Source: a virus (Duplodnaviria > Heunggongvirae > Uroviricota > Caudoviricetes). Taken from it: a stretch of DNA of 36,521 nucleotides. The DNA lies in IMG/VR virus record IMGVR_UViG_2778261065_000031, positions 1 through 36,521 of that record; one strand, given 5' to 3'. Of the stretch, positions 1 through 11,694 are shown one piece after another. Positions within the stretch are counted from its first letter, which is position 1. Each line of letters opens with the position of its first letter. Below the pieces are notes generated by a model. That model did no database searches and was not told where the DNA came from. It was given only the letters and a program-made list of their open reading frames with translations. The position numbers were made by a program, and so were the translations under genes.

Positions 1-1920
1 TCACCCTGCCTTGGTGTATGTCCAGTTAAATGTTGTTGTTCCCTGGCTTGTGATGGTTACAATCCTTCCTGTCACTGTAAATGATATCAACCCTCCTGAC
101 TTAAGCGGAGTTAAAGTAAGTGTTGTTCCGTCCCACATGGCAAGCTGAAGCGAAGAGAAATTTGTTCCACTGCTTTCTGCCCAAACGCTTATCAGGTACA
201 TCCCTTGGCTATTTGGCAGTTCAAACAACGTAGTTGCTACGTTAGCTGCAACAGCCTGAGTTCCTTTCGCTGTGTACACTGCTGGCAACTGATTACCTGC
301 AGAGCTTCGTGATTCAACATATGAGCCTGAAGTTTGCGTCCCAGTTAATGAGCAGTCAGTAAATACTCCATTCCCTGTGCTGTAAGTTGATATTACAGGA
401 GTCCCACCAGTCGGAGCCTTAAACCGGCATCCCTCAGCAATTATTTTTGCTGTTGAGTCTGTCAGCAATGTGTTTGGGTATCCAGAGCCAGTGTAGGTTA
501 TTGATTCGCTATCAAGGAAGCTATCGGTACTTGATTTTATGTTAACAATGCTTGTGCCTGTTGCAAAGATAAATGCTGCTGCCCCACTCCCCGTTGTTTG
601 CATTGAGTTTCCATGCCCGGCCAATCCTGATATATGGGCAATAGTATCATTAAGTTTTATATACGACGCAGTAATTCCATTTGTATTTTTTATTATATTA
701 GACTCACCATCATACCCTGTAATAGTAAGACACTTACATCCAGAAAAATATAACCCTGAGGAATCAAATGTATATTGCGACCCGTCAACTGTGATCTGGT
801 CTCCTGCACAGTTTATTAGCTGAGGAGACAGGCAATTTACAACATACCATGCCTGTGCTGCATCCAGCACATAACATGTATCCCACTGTATTGTCGTTCC
901 GTTCGCCTTATAGAAACCATGCGCAACTCTCCTCGCCCATACCTGGGTATACTTTGTTAGGTAATTTCCAGAATCATCATATATGGCCCACCATGCACCA
1001 TCAACCTCAACATTTTTAATGTGCATAACGCCTGGTGAAGTAGTTCCTCCATCAATTAGAATGCCAATTTTACCATCATTGCCAGTAGGTGATGTAGGGC
1101 GTCCTCCATCGTAAAAAATATAGACATTTTCAATATTTATTGTATTAAACGCTGCGTGGTAATGGAAACAAGCTATATTTCCTATTACTGCTATGAAAGT
1201 TTCCGGCCTATTTATGTTGCTGTTTGTTTCGCCATTTATTGTGCAGTTTGAATTCATCTCTATCGTTGCATTTACGAAGTAAGTTCCAGATGTCAATAAT
1301 ACATTCCGCCCTGTATTAATTGCGGCCTGTATGCCTGCATAGTCAAGAGACTGAGTTAGTGATGTTACGAATGGATAAACAGCCTGCGCCGCTGATAGTG
1401 TGGAGAATTTCTCGCTGAGTGGATGCAGAGTTCCGTCAGCTGTTGCACCGAAATCCTTGGCTGAAATGAAGTTGGTATTTTTATCATGTTGAGTTAAAGC
1501 TATTGAGCCGATATATGGCTGCTTAACTGCAACTAGTGCGTCACCCATTCCATCTTCTGAGCTTGCTAGCTGCTGCTTGAATTGATCTGGATCGTACTTG
1601 AGTACATTTGGGTGGTAGAACTGTCGTGCATTAAATGCGTCATACACAGCCATCGAGTGACCTTGCACAGTGACGAACTTGGCAATTTGTCCGTTATATA
1701 CCGGATATCCAGCAGCGTTAATGATGATTGGCTGCGATACAGGAACGTGAGAGCCGTCTTCGTTCTCCACATAAACCTGAATCTGGTTTTCAGGATTTAC
1801 CGGGTCAGTGTCAATTTTACCGATATAAATTTTACCATTGGCTACGGCTTTAAAAGAACGCGCCATAGTGAAGAGTTGCGAAGGCATACTCACTACAACA
1901 TTGGCTGTAATGTCTGTCAT
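1..1920 (-). CDS. Tailspike protein (P22 gene 9 homolog): conserved N-terminal head-binding domain plus a distinct receptor-binding domain
   Basis: 639 aa; N-terminus [11 protein letters not shown]...[11 protein letters not shown]...LKYDPDQ matches P22/HK620 tailspike head-binding domain from memory; SD GGAG upstream of ATG at 1920. Confidence 0.9.
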   Translation of the reverse strand: MTDITANVVVSMPSQLFTMARSFKAVANGKIYIGKIDTDPVNPENQIQVYVENEDGSHVPVSQPIIINAAGYPVYNGQIAKFVTVQGHSMAVYDAFNARQFYHPNVLKYDPDQFKQQLASSEDGMGDALVAVKQPYIGSIALTQHDKNTNFISAKDFGATADGTLHPLSEKFSTLSAAQAVYPFVTSLTQSLDYAGIQAAINTGRNVLLTSGTYFVNATIEMNSNCTINGETNSNINRPETFIAVIGNIACFHYHAAFNTINIENVYIFYDGGRPTSPTGNDGKIGILIDGGTTSPGVMHIKNVEVDGAWWAIYDDSGNYLTKYTQVWARRVAHGFYKANGTTIQWDTCYVLDAAQAWYVVNCLSPQLINCAGDQITVDGSQYTFDSSGLYFSGCKCLTITGYDGESNIIKNTNGITASYIKLNDTIAHISGLAGHGNSMQTTGSGAAAFIFATGTSIVNIKSSTDSFLDSESITYTGSGYPNTLLTDSTAKIIAEGCRFKAPTGGTPVISTYSTGNGVFTDCSLTGTQTSGSYVESRSSAGNQLPAVYTAKGTQAVAANVATTLFELPNSQGMYLISVWAESSGTNFSSLQLAMWDGTTLTLTPLKSGGLISFTVTGRIVTITSQGTTTFNWTYTKAG

Positions 1921-2084
1921 TTAATTTGCTCCGGACGTAGCAATGCCGAACAAGATGCAACTTGCCCAGCATTGCACTAATGTCAGTTATGATTTGTTAA
2001 TTATGAGATGAGTCTATGCAAAGAGATCTGTTGAATATTGCGCTCTATATATTTGGTTTTTGCACGTTCCTGGTGTTTGCAAAG

Positions 2085-4082
2085 CTATTCTGACAACGCA
2101 TCAGACTTAGCCCCCTGCGTCATAGCGTTAATTACCTTTTGTGCCTGCTGCATGGCTTTCTCAAACGCTGTTGATCCGCGTGGGGTATTTGCCATTCGTA
2201 GCATTGCATTTCTGAATGGCTCGCTCTCATAGGCGCGAGTAAGAAGTCCGTAGCTTACTGCTGCGCCAGTTGTCGCCGGGTTCATTGCCGTCCCATACCC
2301 AATTATGAACGGGATAGTTTGCTGCCCTGTGGGTGTTGTTACTGCCGCTTTTGCAGCCTGCTGCGTGGATTGCAGGTAGTTTTTTAATCCTTTCAGATAA
2401 GCAGCGTCCTGCCCCTTAAATGTGATGCCAGTCTGGTTTTGCAGGATGTTAAGCTGCCGAAGGAACTGGTCAGGGGATCCGCCAGATTTCTCCATCGCCT
2501 TTCCAATGATGCCATTGCGCATTTGCGCCCTGCCAACACGACCAACTGAGTTATACAGCGTCTTAATTTCCGATTTGTTCTTGCTGAATAGCATGTTGTT
2601 GACAACTTCCGGTGTCAGGTCGCCTTTCATGAGAACATTCTTCAGCCTGGTATTCTTTAGTTTCGCCGCTTCGTCAGCGTAGACGGCATTGGCCTGCTGA
2701 TATTTACGGAGAGTATCATTGCCAAGATTCTGACCAATGGCACCATTGATATCGTCTGTCATCGCCTTGTAAACGCGCTGAATGGCAGCATCGGAACGGT
2801 TTGGTAACACTGGTCGTTCCCCCTTCACGTCCATTCTGAACTGGCTGCGCAGATCGCTTAATTGCTTCAAATCCAGATTTACCGGACCATCAGGACCAGC
2901 ATTGCGAATAAGCTCATCACGATAGGATTGAAGTTTTGAAATCGTCTCGTTATCAGCGACCTTACCAAGCTTCTGCAGGTTAGATATCTCAGTATCAATC
3001 TGCTGAATTGCTCGCACAGGCTGAATGTTTACTCCAGCCATAGCATTCTGAACCTGCTCCAGTCGATTACCGGCAGCACGACGAATTCCTGATGTTTTCG
3101 CTTTAAGGCTGTCAATAACAACCGCTGGATCATACTCACCGAATTTATCAGCAAATCTCTGCACCAACTGGCTTCTCGCTTCCTGTTGCGTTGCTCTCAT
3201 TCCGCTTGTGCCAGCCAGAGGGATATTTTCTGCTGTAGTCTGCGCCATTTTTCCGACGCGGGAAGTAGGTTGTAACAGGTCTGTGGTGTGCAGAGGCACT
3301 CCTTCACGCTCTGCAAACCTGATAGCCTGTTGCGCTTCTGGCGCTATCGCACCACGAACTCCACGATAAGCAGCACCTAATCCACGTCCGGCAGCGTTAA
3401 TAGCTCCGCCAGCCAGAACGCCAACGCCTAAGTCGGTGGCTAGTGCTTCCGCATCATCTTTCACACTGTTTGCAGCAAGTGATCCAACTGCGTTTTCAGC
3501 GAGAAGGCGAGTTGCACCCTGAGCAATTCGACCAGCAAGTGTTGGTGCCTGTGTTGCCGCTCTCTCAACGCCGGCAGGTGTGAGGTAAGGCAATGCTTCA
3601 GCAAATACCCTGCCCTCTGTCGTTTGTGGAGTCAGCGCACCTTGCTGAAGGCCAAAGTCCTGCTCTAATCCATGCGTTGTTACTCGTGGCGCGGGTTGAT
3701 ATGTTCCATCGCCAATGCCGAGTTTACCGCCAGCCCATGCAGCCGCGCTTGTTACAGCATCGGCAACTGATGCAGGTATGTTTGCCACGTTCACGCCAGC
3801 CTGCACCAGTCCGCGACCAGTCTCTTTCACTGCTTCACCAAGATCAGACATAAATCCACTTTGCTGTGGTTGTTGCTGTGCTACTGGTTGCTGTGTCTCC
3901 ACTGGCTGCACAGATGGCAATGGATAGGCTGCATAGAAAGCTTGCTTAGCCTGCTCTGCATTTTCTCCGGCTTGCGGGGCCACGACTTCATTGAAGTATT
4001 GCTCCTGAGCCTGCGCTTTTTGTTCTGGTGCTAACGCCTGATACTGTGGAGAGGCGATAACATCTTTCCATGCTTTAGCCAT
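2085..4082 (-). CDS. Ejection (injection) protein, P22 gp16-like
   Basis: 665 aa, Gln/Ala-rich, last gene of the ejection-protein trio by position; TAATG overlap with upstream gene. Confidence 0.7.
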   Translation of the reverse strand: MAKAWKDVIASPQYQALAPEQKAQAQEQYFNEVVAPQAGENAEQAKQAFYAAYPLPSVQPVETQQPVAQQQPQQSGFMSDLGEAVKETGRGLVQAGVNVANIPASVADAVTSAAAWAGGKLGIGDGTYQPAPRVTTHGLEQDFGLQQGALTPQTTEGRVFAEALPYLTPAGVERAATQAPTLAGRIAQGATRLLAENAVGSLAANSVKDDAEALATDLGVGVLAGGAINAAGRGLGAAYRGVRGAIAPEAQQAIRFAEREGVPLHTTDLLQPTSRVGKMAQTTAENIPLAGTSGMRATQQEARSQLVQRFADKFGEYDPAVVIDSLKAKTSGIRRAAGNRLEQVQNAMAGVNIQPVRAIQQIDTEISNLQKLGKVADNETISKLQSYRDELIRNAGPDGPVNLDLKQLSDLRSQFRMDVKGERPVLPNRSDAAIQRVYKAMTDDINGAIGQNLGNDTLRKYQQANAVYADEAAKLKNTRLKNVLMKGDLTPEVVNNMLFSKNKSEIKTLYNSVGRVGRAQMRNGIIGKAMEKSGGSPDQFLRQLNILQNQTGITFKGQDAAYLKGLKNYLQSTQQAAKAAVTTPTGQQTIPFIIGYGTAMNPATTGAAVSYGLLTRAYESEPFRNAMLRMANTPRGSTAFEKAMQQAQKVINAMTQGAKSDALSE

Positions 4083-5377
4083 TAATCACCCCATAGTGAA
4101 GAAAAGTTACTGCCAGTAGTAGATTGTTGCCTTGGAATATTCTGCACCGGCTCCTGATAATCAAACTGTTTTTTAACAGTGCTCAACTTGCTTTCAAGCT
4201 GATTTCTAATCTTTCCGATAGAGTCACGAAAAGCCTTTTCACTCATTTTGGGGCTTAGGGCACCAACCGCATCGGATAATTTTTTACCCTCAGCATCTGA
4301 AAGAGCGCCCATACCCTTCAGGGACTGCACCATAGGAAGGAATGTTTGAGCTTTAAAGGTGTCGAGCCTTGCTTCAAAGTTAGCCGCATCAGAGCCAGGA
4401 ACTGTCGGAAACGCTGAGCGAATTCCTACTGCTTTTGAAAGGCCGGGGCTTTGCTCTATCTCGTTGAGAGAATCAAGCGCGGTGCTGAACGTATCAACTG
4501 CACCCTGAGCAGCGGCCTGCCTGTCAGCGCGGGCTATGTCAGCCTTTTGCCGAACATCTGCCTGTTTCTGTTTTAGCTCTTCAAGCTTTAACTGATTGCT
4601 TTCTCTGGCTATTTGTCTGTCCAGAGCCTTTTCTTGTAATTCTGCTCTTTGTATTTCGCGGGAAAGAGCAGCATTCTGTGCGCTGATGTTCTGTCCACGT
4701 ATCTGGATGTCCTGACCTCGAGCTGTTAGTGCTTCTCCGGCCTGATTGCTGCGGATTGTCTCTGCCAGTCTGCCTCGGTCAATTTCACGACCAGCCATCT
4801 TGTCCTGAACATTGAAGTAATCAATCGGACCAAGCGCAGCCATCCCAAGGTGATCAACAAACTCACCAAATCCTGAAGGGTTCTGCTGATACATCTGAGC
4901 AACGCTGTTAGGGTCAACACCGACGCGAGTCAGTTCCTTGGCGTTGTTTTGCAGCCATGATTGCATTGCTTCTGGAGACGATGACGCAAGGCGTGCGCCA
5001 GCCGCTAAGGTGCCGATAGAATTACGCTGATCTTCATCAATGAATCCCATGCCTTTACGAACGGATTCAATCTGGTCTGGATATTGAGTAGCCAACTGAC
5101 GCAAAGCACCGCGATCACCAGACGCATAAGCATTAGCGTACGCCTGCTGAAATTCTTTCTGCCGCTGAGCCTGCTTTTCCTGCTGAAACACCCCTGCAAT
5201 ACCTGAAAGACCTTGCAAAGCAGTCAGCCCAACATTGTTAGCGCCTGAACGCTCAATATCATTGTTCTGCCTGATAAGCTGAAGCGTATTGCCGATGTCA
5301 TTTACGCTCGGAGCGTTTGAGTTGACGCCGCCGATACCAGCTAACAATCCGCCATTTGATCCTTGCCAAGTAGCCAT
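4082..5377 (-). CDS. Ejection protein, P22 gp20-like
   Basis: 431 aa; position between gp7-like and gp16-like genes. Confidence 0.7.
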   Translation of the reverse strand: MATWQGSNGGLLAGIGGVNSNAPSVNDIGNTLQLIRQNNDIERSGANNVGLTALQGLSGIAGVFQQEKQAQRQKEFQQAYANAYASGDRGALRQLATQYPDQIESVRKGMGFIDEDQRNSIGTLAAGARLASSSPEAMQSWLQNNAKELTRVGVDPNSVAQMYQQNPSGFGEFVDHLGMAALGPIDYFNVQDKMAGREIDRGRLAETIRSNQAGEALTARGQDIQIRGQNISAQNAALSREIQRAELQEKALDRQIARESNQLKLEELKQKQADVRQKADIARADRQAAAQGAVDTFSTALDSLNEIEQSPGLSKAVGIRSAFPTVPGSDAANFEARLDTFKAQTFLPMVQSLKGMGALSDAEGKKLSDAVGALSPKMSEKAFRDSIGKIRNQLESKLSTVKKQFDYQEPVQNIPRQQSTTGSNFSSLWGD

Positions 5378-5386
5378 GATTACTCC

Positions 5387-6079
5387 TTAAAACAACGAGC
5401 TAAGCAATCCAATACCAGCACCAATGCCAGCGCCCCAAGGTGTTGATGTTCCCAAAAGGCTGGCAAGACCTGCACCGGCAATCGCACCAGACGTGCCACC
5501 GCTAATTGCAGTCTGAAGACTTGATGGTTTATTGGCATTAGCAGCGGCAAGAGCTGCGCTTTGCTGTGCAATGCTGCTCATGTTGTTGGCGTACGTCTGC
5601 CCGGCGTTTGCCTGACCTTGCAGCGCACCAAGCCCAACGTTTGCCAGATTGTTGTAATTGCTCATCTGATTTGATAACCAAGACTGACCGAGTGTCGGCG
5701 CGATCGTAGCCAGTTGATTGCTTGTGGCTGTCGAACCAAGTCCACCCGTCGCCTCCGCAGCAGCAAGACTCTGGTAACGCGCCTGACCTGCAAGGTCTTT
5801 ATACTGCTGAGAGTTGTAATACTGATTAAGTGCCTGCCCCTGACCTTCTAAACTGGAAAGATTCTGCAACTGGTTAACATACTGCTCCGCAAGAGGCGTG
5901 AACGGAGCAAGATTTTTCATGATCGTCTGCCACTGCTGATTTTGCAGGTCTGCGGCATACTTCTGAGCTTCTGCTGCATACTTTGCGCTTTTATCAGAGC
6001 TGCCACCTTTCCCGCCTTTTTCAGGGCAATAAGGTTCCTCGCCGCGCAGTTTTCTGCCCAGCTTAAATGCATATAACAT
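5387..6079 (-). CDS. Ejection protein, P22 gp7-like
   Basis: 230 aa; N-terminus MLYAFKLGRKLRGEEP and Gly/Ala-rich tail resemble P22 gp7 (229 aa). Confidence 0.7.
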   Translation of the reverse strand: MLYAFKLGRKLRGEEPYCPEKGGKGGSSDKSAKYAAEAQKYAADLQNQQWQTIMKNLAPFTPLAEQYVNQLQNLSSLEGQGQALNQYYNSQQYKDLAGQARYQSLAAAEATGGLGSTATSNQLATIAPTLGQSWLSNQMSNYNNLANVGLGALQGQANAGQTYANNMSSIAQQSAALAAANANKPSSLQTAISGGTSGAIAGAGLASLLGTSTPWGAGIGAGIGLLSSLF

Positions 6080-6081
6080 GG

Positions 6082-6537
6082 CTATCTCCCGTGATTCAGG
6101 AAGTCGATTAGTTCTTCGCGTGTTGCGCTGTAAAAAGTCACGTCATCCACGCCTTTGAAGTATTTCTTGATGGTTCCTACACGCTTAAGGCCAATCATTG
6201 CGCAGTACATCTGCCCGTGGCGGAATTTGCGTGCAGCGAACGATGTGACGCACTGAACGGTGGTGTTAGTCAGAATGTATCGCCAGAACGCCAGACCGAT
6301 TTCCTTGCTGAATCCACGAACCTCTGGCAGGTACATGGCGTGGCAATCGAATGTCAGCGGCTGAATCTCCTGATAGTAAACAATGCCGCCGAACTGCCCG
6401 TGCACGCTCACCTCAAAGTAACGGCATTCAGGTTTGTAGTCGTATCCATCGCCGTTGTTGCTCCCGGCGATAATGTCAGGGTGATTTCCGACTGCTTCTA
6501 TCAGGTCGATGTTTCGCGTTGGTTTGAATGTAATCAT
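6082..6537 (-). CDS. P22 gp14-like protein (assigned by position)
   Basis: 151 aa ORF between tail needle and gp7-like gene, as in P22 order 26-14-7. Confidence 0.5.
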   Translation of the reverse strand: MITFKPTRNIDLIEAVGNHPDIIAGSNNGDGYDYKPECRYFEVSVHGQFGGIVYYQEIQPLTFDCHAMYLPEVRGFSKEIGLAFWRYILTNTTVQCVTSFAARKFRHGQMYCAMIGLKRVGTIKKYFKGVDDVTFYSATREELIDFLNHGR

Positions 6538-7238
6538 CAGTCAATCAGCCCATGTAATCTAAGTGCCGTTTCAAGCGCCAGAATACGCTGCCGCGCCTGC
6601 TGCAAACCTGTAGCGAGAGCTGCGACTTCGGATTGTGTGTACGTAGTGCCGACAGTGTATGACTGGTTAGCGTTGAATGAGCCAAGAAGTGGCGTACCTG
6701 TGGCTGCAGTCCATCCGGTATTTCTTGCTCCAACAACCTGAATTCCATCAACTGAATATGATGTTTTTACATCCAGCGGTGACGCAAGAGACTGCGATTT
6801 GGTTACAGTTTTCGATACGTAATCACTCTTAATGTCAGATACATCGCTTTCTACGCCATCCAGTCTTTTGTCAACAGTGACCAGATGCGCCTGAATATCG
6901 ATAACCTCATCCAGCAAGTAATCAACATCGCTGCGCAGTACGACTATCTTCCCTTCGGCGGTTGTTAACCTGACCTCAAGGAGATTTATCGCTTTTGTGT
7001 TTGCGGTGATTCTTGCATCGTGGTCAGCCAGTTCGACATCCTGTTCATCGTTTTTTACTTGGGCATCATAAGCGCCCTGACCAGCCTGATTTGCCTTCCC
7101 GGCAATTGCGCCGACATCAGCCCCCTGATTAATGACATACAGCAGGTAAGACTGGCTGAATATATTGCGTGGCAAAATTGAAGCATCAAGGCGCGTAGCC
7201 TGAACCGCGACAGGATTATTCAGTGATGAATCCGCCAT
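6537..7238 (-). CDS. Tail needle protein (P22 gp26 homolog)
   Basis: 233 aa; [25 protein letters not shown]... and C-terminus [13 protein letters not shown] match P22 gp26 from memory. Confidence 0.9.
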   Translation of the reverse strand: MADSSLNNPVAVQATRLDASILPRNIFSQSYLLYVINQGADVGAIAGKANQAGQGAYDAQVKNDEQDVELADHDARITANTKAINLLEVRLTTAEGKIVVLRSDVDYLLDEVIDIQAHLVTVDKRLDGVESDVSDIKSDYVSKTVTKSQSLASPLDVKTSYSVDGIQVVGARNTGWTAATGTPLLGSFNANQSYTVGTTYTQSEVAALATGLQQARQRILALETALRLHGLID

Positions 7239-8656
7239 TACTCAATCCTTATCTGAGCGCCAGACAGAGTTACAGGTGACTTCGTGATAACGCGCAATTT
7301 GAAGCCGACATTTTTCCTGATGCGCCCTACTCGCTTCCACAAAACGCGTTTGTCGTAAACGAACGGTTCATTCTGCTCAATCATCTGCTCACGTCCGTAA
7401 TTGATGCCGTCAGTGGTTGCAGAGAGGAACAGGCGGTCAGCATACTGCGCAACGCCAGTTGAAGATTCAACTTCAAGGTCGAAAACTCTGGCGTTATCTG
7501 CTTTGAAGAGTGGAGTAAACAGCAGGTGTTCCTGTTGAAGACCATACTGGCTGCTGATGTCGAATTGCAATTTCCCGGTCACGGGTTCCAGTTTATCGCC
7601 GCACGTTATCTGATTGCCTTCGAAAATGAAGTCGATAGCGCGGTACACATCGTCATACAGGCCTGTTTTCAGCACACACCATTGCGGACCATTAGCGCTT
7701 GAAGATGCGTCGTACACAAGTACATGGCGCGGAAGATGGATAATCAGCAACTCATGCGCATCAAATCGCAGAGACTCCATCACGCCATCAGCCAGTTCAT
7801 CAGCAGTGTAGGAGCGGAGGATTTTCTCAATGCTCGCGCTGGCGATTGGTGATACCTGACCGGAGCCGATGATGTATACAGACGGCGCACCCGTTGCCGG
7901 ATTGCTGATGAACGCATAAGAATCAGCGAATGGCGTTTTGCAGTAAGTCCCGGCAATGCCTTTCTGCACCATAAGAGATGGCTGTGCGACATACAAAGCA
8001 GCACCAACGGTGGTTGCACCCGTCAGGGAGAAATATTCAATCGTTGATGAACCAAAGCATACGATGAAGTCTCGCCATGTTCCGATGCCGATGATGCCGT
8101 CAGGCTGCGATTCTGCGCGATATTGTGCGCTGTAGCGGTCAGGGTGCGATTCGTCTTCAGGGTCAGTGATAAACCATGAATCAGTTCCGTCTTTTGACCA
8201 CGCATAACGCCCGCGCAAGCGCGTAATGTCGCGAACCGAACCTAACTCATACTGCGTGAATCCGCTGTCTGTAGGCCAGTTTGAGACGGTTTTAACCGTG
8301 CCATCATATCGATACTCAACCAGTTGACCATTAACGCCTACCGCCTGTGATGTCCGACCATGCGCCATTGATACGCGACCACTTCCGGCAACATCACCGA
8401 CTTCGCTTTCGCCTTTGTAGAGCTTCCCACCACACACGCGATAAACAGCACTCTGCGCCATGTTGTATTCGACGCCGCGCGATATACCGTTCACATCAGA
8501 ACGTTTGGCAATGCCCGGGAATGAGCGAAGATATCCGCTGCTGTTGAGGATTTCTTTGGGTGTAGCCAACATATTCACTGGCAGATAGTCGATATAATCG
8601 GCGTTTCGAAAGTCTTTGCCGACACCTTTCATAAGCGGAAGTTGCTGAATCGGCAT
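7238..8656 (-). CDS. Tail accessory/plug protein (P22 gp10 homolog)
   Basis: 472 aa, same length as P22 gp10; position between gp4 and gp26. Confidence 0.8.
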   Translation of the reverse strand: MPIQQLPLMKGVGKDFRNADYIDYLPVNMLATPKEILNSSGYLRSFPGIAKRSDVNGISRGVEYNMAQSAVYRVCGGKLYKGESEVGDVAGSGRVSMAHGRTSQAVGVNGQLVEYRYDGTVKTVSNWPTDSGFTQYELGSVRDITRLRGRYAWSKDGTDSWFITDPEDESHPDRYSAQYRAESQPDGIIGIGTWRDFIVCFGSSTIEYFSLTGATTVGAALYVAQPSLMVQKGIAGTYCKTPFADSYAFISNPATGAPSVYIIGSGQVSPIASASIEKILRSYTADELADGVMESLRFDAHELLIIHLPRHVLVYDASSSANGPQWCVLKTGLYDDVYRAIDFIFEGNQITCGDKLEPVTGKLQFDISSQYGLQQEHLLFTPLFKADNARVFDLEVESSTGVAQYADRLFLSATTDGINYGREQMIEQNEPFVYDKRVLWKRVGRIRKNVGFKLRVITKSPVTLSGAQIRIE

Positions 8657-9133
8657 TATTCGCTCCCGTTATCGCAAGGTTCCTTCCGGTGGAAGTAATT
8701 CCAACCGTTCCACTTCGCCAACTGGTTACCGCTACCAACAGGCATACGGTTTGGATAACCGGACTTACATTTAGCGGCCTTTGCCCTATCCATTGCAGAC
8801 AGTTTGACGAGTCGCTCTTTCCCGTATCTGGCAGTGGTTATAAGTTTTGCAGACGCTTCCAGCGCATAATCTGGAGCAATGCGGCAGGCAAGGTTGAAAA
8901 TGACGGCATTGATAGCGTTATTTGATAAACCGTGCTCATCGCCCGGATCCGGAGCAACATCTGCATCAGCAAAAATGTAGCCAACGTTGACACCAGGTGA
9001 CGCATCACCGCCAAGCCATTCAGCCATCATCATTTCAAGGTCGTTGACGCCGTCTTCCATAGACTGCGGTTCGACATCGGTTAACGTGGCATTTGATGCC
9101 ACACCGAGCTTACGTAATGCCGCAAGAACTAAA

Positions 9134-9156
<23 letters not shown>
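8656..9156 (-). CDS. Head-to-tail adaptor (P22 gp4 homolog); track ORF trimmed to internal ATG
   Basis: Track ORF 8656..9291 has a spurious (NQ)n N-terminal extension; from [21 protein letters not shown] it matches P22 gp4 (about 166 aa); ATG at 9156. Confidence 0.85.
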
Positions 9157-9430
<274 letters not shown>

Positions 9431-9442
9431 GCTTGTCTCCAT

Positions 9443-9466
9443 ATAAAAAAGGGAGCCGAAGCTCCC
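9443..9466 (-). terminator. Intrinsic terminator immediately downstream of the coat gene
   Basis: Minus-strand RNA GGGAGC-UUCG-GCUCCC followed by UUUUUU; 9 nt after coat stop. Confidence 0.6.
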
Positions 9467-9474
9467 TCTGGTTA

Positions 9475-10770
9475 TCACGCGGTCTGGTTAGGCAGACCAA
9501 TACCAATTGCCTCTGGTCGTACAGCACATGCTGAATACCACACAGCAATACGGCACTTACCAGACAGAGTGTTGATATCACCCTGCGTTGCGAAGATGCC
9601 GTTAACACCAATACCAGGAATGCTGAAGGAAGACGTTTTCATGCCAGCAAACAGTTCATGGGTTACCGGGATCGGCTGAGACAGCAGACGGATTGAGTCA
9701 TCAGCCCAGAACACGTTAGCGGTGGTTGTTGCCACGTTCAGAACGTTTACCGGAGTGGAATCAGCAAGAGAGGTGTTTACGTTAGCGTAAGCCTTCTCTT
9801 CTTTTGTCAGTGAAGAGTCATCAAGCGCAATCGGCTTCGGCGTGATTTCGATGTGAGTACCATCGATCACACGGGTGATTGAGAAAGTAGCATCATCAGT
9901 CAGCACGTTCTTCGCCATCTGAGACAGGAATTTCACACCAGTGAAGCTGATTTTGTCGCCGCGCTTAAACCCGGTGGTGGAGGATACGGTCACCGTTGCA
10001 ACACGGTTGTCGACGTTCTCTTTGTTACCATCGGTATCAAGAGTGTATGCCTGCGGCTTAAACTTCTGCGCACCAGAAACAGTTACACCAGTAGCGGTTG
10101 ACTTGGTAACTGCCGGAAGTTTCGGTGAGCGAAGAATTTCATCAAAGCCAGCAATCTGACGCTGAATAGTACCGTTGCGATACGCTTCTTCAGGAACGCG
10201 CCCGAAGATGTCACCATCTACCAGGTTGCGGCCTGCTTTGCGGTAATCGTCAGGGTTCAGGAAGTAACTGATGCCCATATCGCGGTTTAGCTCACGGGAG
10301 AACATCAGGCGCTCTGCATCAGACACAAAATCCCAGCCAGACAGGCCAGTAGATGGACCAATTGCTCGGGTATCGTGAACAACAAGTGAGCCCATTTCAG
10401 TTGCCTGTTTGGCAATTGCTGACTCAATGTTATTCGCCAGTTTTTTAGCGGATGCCTGGATGCGGCGACGGTAAGAACGCTCATCACGCAGGTCATCTGC
10501 ACGAAGCTCGAAGAAATCGTTATCCGGATCGCCCATGTTGCATTTCACGGAGAGTTCCAGAATCCCAGTTGCGTTGCCAGTTAAATCCCAGCCAGTCTGG
10601 GTTGGCGCTTCCTGCTCAACAGGCATCCACACGGTGTTGCTTGAACGCTGCATGGATTCTGCCGGAGGGGTGTATTTTGTCACTTTGGACGCCATTGGCG
10701 TCAGGTTCTGGACGGTTTCGATGATTTCATCCAGAGCATACGTGACCAGTTGACCTTCATTTAATGCCAT
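9475..10770 (-). CDS. Major capsid (coat) protein (P22 gp5 homolog)
   Basis: 431 aa; MALNEGQ...VVHDTRAIG...FATQGDI...TLSGKCRIA matches P22 coat protein from memory. Confidence 0.95.
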   Translation of the reverse strand: MALNEGQLVTYALDEIIETVQNLTPMASKVTKYTPPAESMQRSSNTVWMPVEQEAPTQTGWDLTGNATGILELSVKCNMGDPDNDFFELRADDLRDERSYRRRIQASAKKLANNIESAIAKQATEMGSLVVHDTRAIGPSTGLSGWDFVSDAERLMFSRELNRDMGISYFLNPDDYRKAGRNLVDGDIFGRVPEEAYRNGTIQRQIAGFDEILRSPKLPAVTKSTATGVTVSGAQKFKPQAYTLDTDGNKENVDNRVATVTVSSTTGFKRGDKISFTGVKFLSQMAKNVLTDDATFSITRVIDGTHIEITPKPIALDDSSLTKEEKAYANVNTSLADSTPVNVLNVATTTANVFWADDSIRLLSQPIPVTHELFAGMKTSSFSIPGIGVNGIFATQGDINTLSGKCRIAVWYSACAVRPEAIGIGLPNQTA

Positions 10771-11681
10771 TATCGAATTCCTTTATTCAGTTGCGCCTTG
10801 AGCTTGCGGTATGTCTCTACATCCCCTTTGTTTGCTGCTGCTTCCATCTGCTTTTCAATCGCAGAGATATTTGCAGCAACAGCGTGTCCCTGAATGGGTT
10901 CATCAGGTAACGGGGCTTCTGAAACAGGCTTGGCTCGAGGCTTGAGAGTTAAACGTTCTGACAGTCGAGTGAGTTCAATCAGCGCGGATTGCCCGTCCAT
11001 CGCCAGCAACTGGCGTGTTTTTTCAGGATTAGCACCAAGGTGATACATGAGAGCAGCGGATTTCTCCGGGAAGAGGCGCATGATGTCGGCACCGACTGCT
11101 GGCGGCACCAGTTGCATGAATGCATCCTCTTTCTCCTGATAGTCAGGGATATTGAGCTTTTCCGCTGCGTCGTAGTGCTTACGGGCTGCCTCGACGTATT
11201 GAGCTGATTGCTGGGTGAACTCCTGAGTTTTGCGACCCTGCTCGGCGACAGCCTGGCTTCGTGCGTCCATAGCCTTGATCTGCCATTCACTGTTTGCCTG
11301 CTGGAAGGCAGCCAGTGCGCGGCTCTGATCATAGTCGTACTTAGCCAGTGCATCTTCGGAAAGATAATCGTTAGGGTCTGGTTGTTTTGGTAACTCAGGG
11401 TTCACCCGCAGGTGCTCCGGCAACTCTCCACGCTTAACCGCTTCCATCTGCTGCTCAAGCTCACGCTGGCGTTTGCGTTCGATGCGGCGACGGGCAAATT
11501 CAGCATTAGTTGCCGGGTCTTGTTTTGGTTTCTCATCGTCTTTCAGGACAATCTCGAAGCCTTCTTCCTGACCTGCGTTGTCGTTGGCATTATCGACAAC
11601 TAAGCCATCAGCAGATGCCGCTGCATGATTGCCGGGTAGGGTTAATTCTTCAGAAGCCTGAATGTCGGTGGTTTGTTCCAT
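10770..11681 (-). CDS. Scaffolding protein (P22 gp8 homolog)
   Basis: 303 aa; long stretches match P22 gp8 ([30 protein letters not shown]-terminal [11 protein letters not shown]). Confidence 0.95.
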   Translation of the reverse strand: MEQTTDIQASEELTLPGNHAAASADGLVVDNANDNAGQEEGFEIVLKDDEKPKQDPATNAEFARRRIERKRQRELEQQMEAVKRGELPEHLRVNPELPKQPDPNDYLSEDALAKYDYDQSRALAAFQQANSEWQIKAMDARSQAVAEQGRKTQEFTQQSAQYVEAARKHYDAAEKLNIPDYQEKEDAFMQLVPPAVGADIMRLFPEKSAALMYHLGANPEKTRQLLAMDGQSALIELTRLSERLTLKPRAKPVSEAPLPDEPIQGHAVAANISAIEKQMEAAANKGDVETYRKLKAQLNKGIR

Positions 11682-11694
11682 GATTAACTCTCTC

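Noticed and set aside
539-1980. Plus-strand ORFs 539..823 and 1582..1980 inside the tailspike gene
   Set aside because: Antisense to a well-supported conserved gene; no RBS support.
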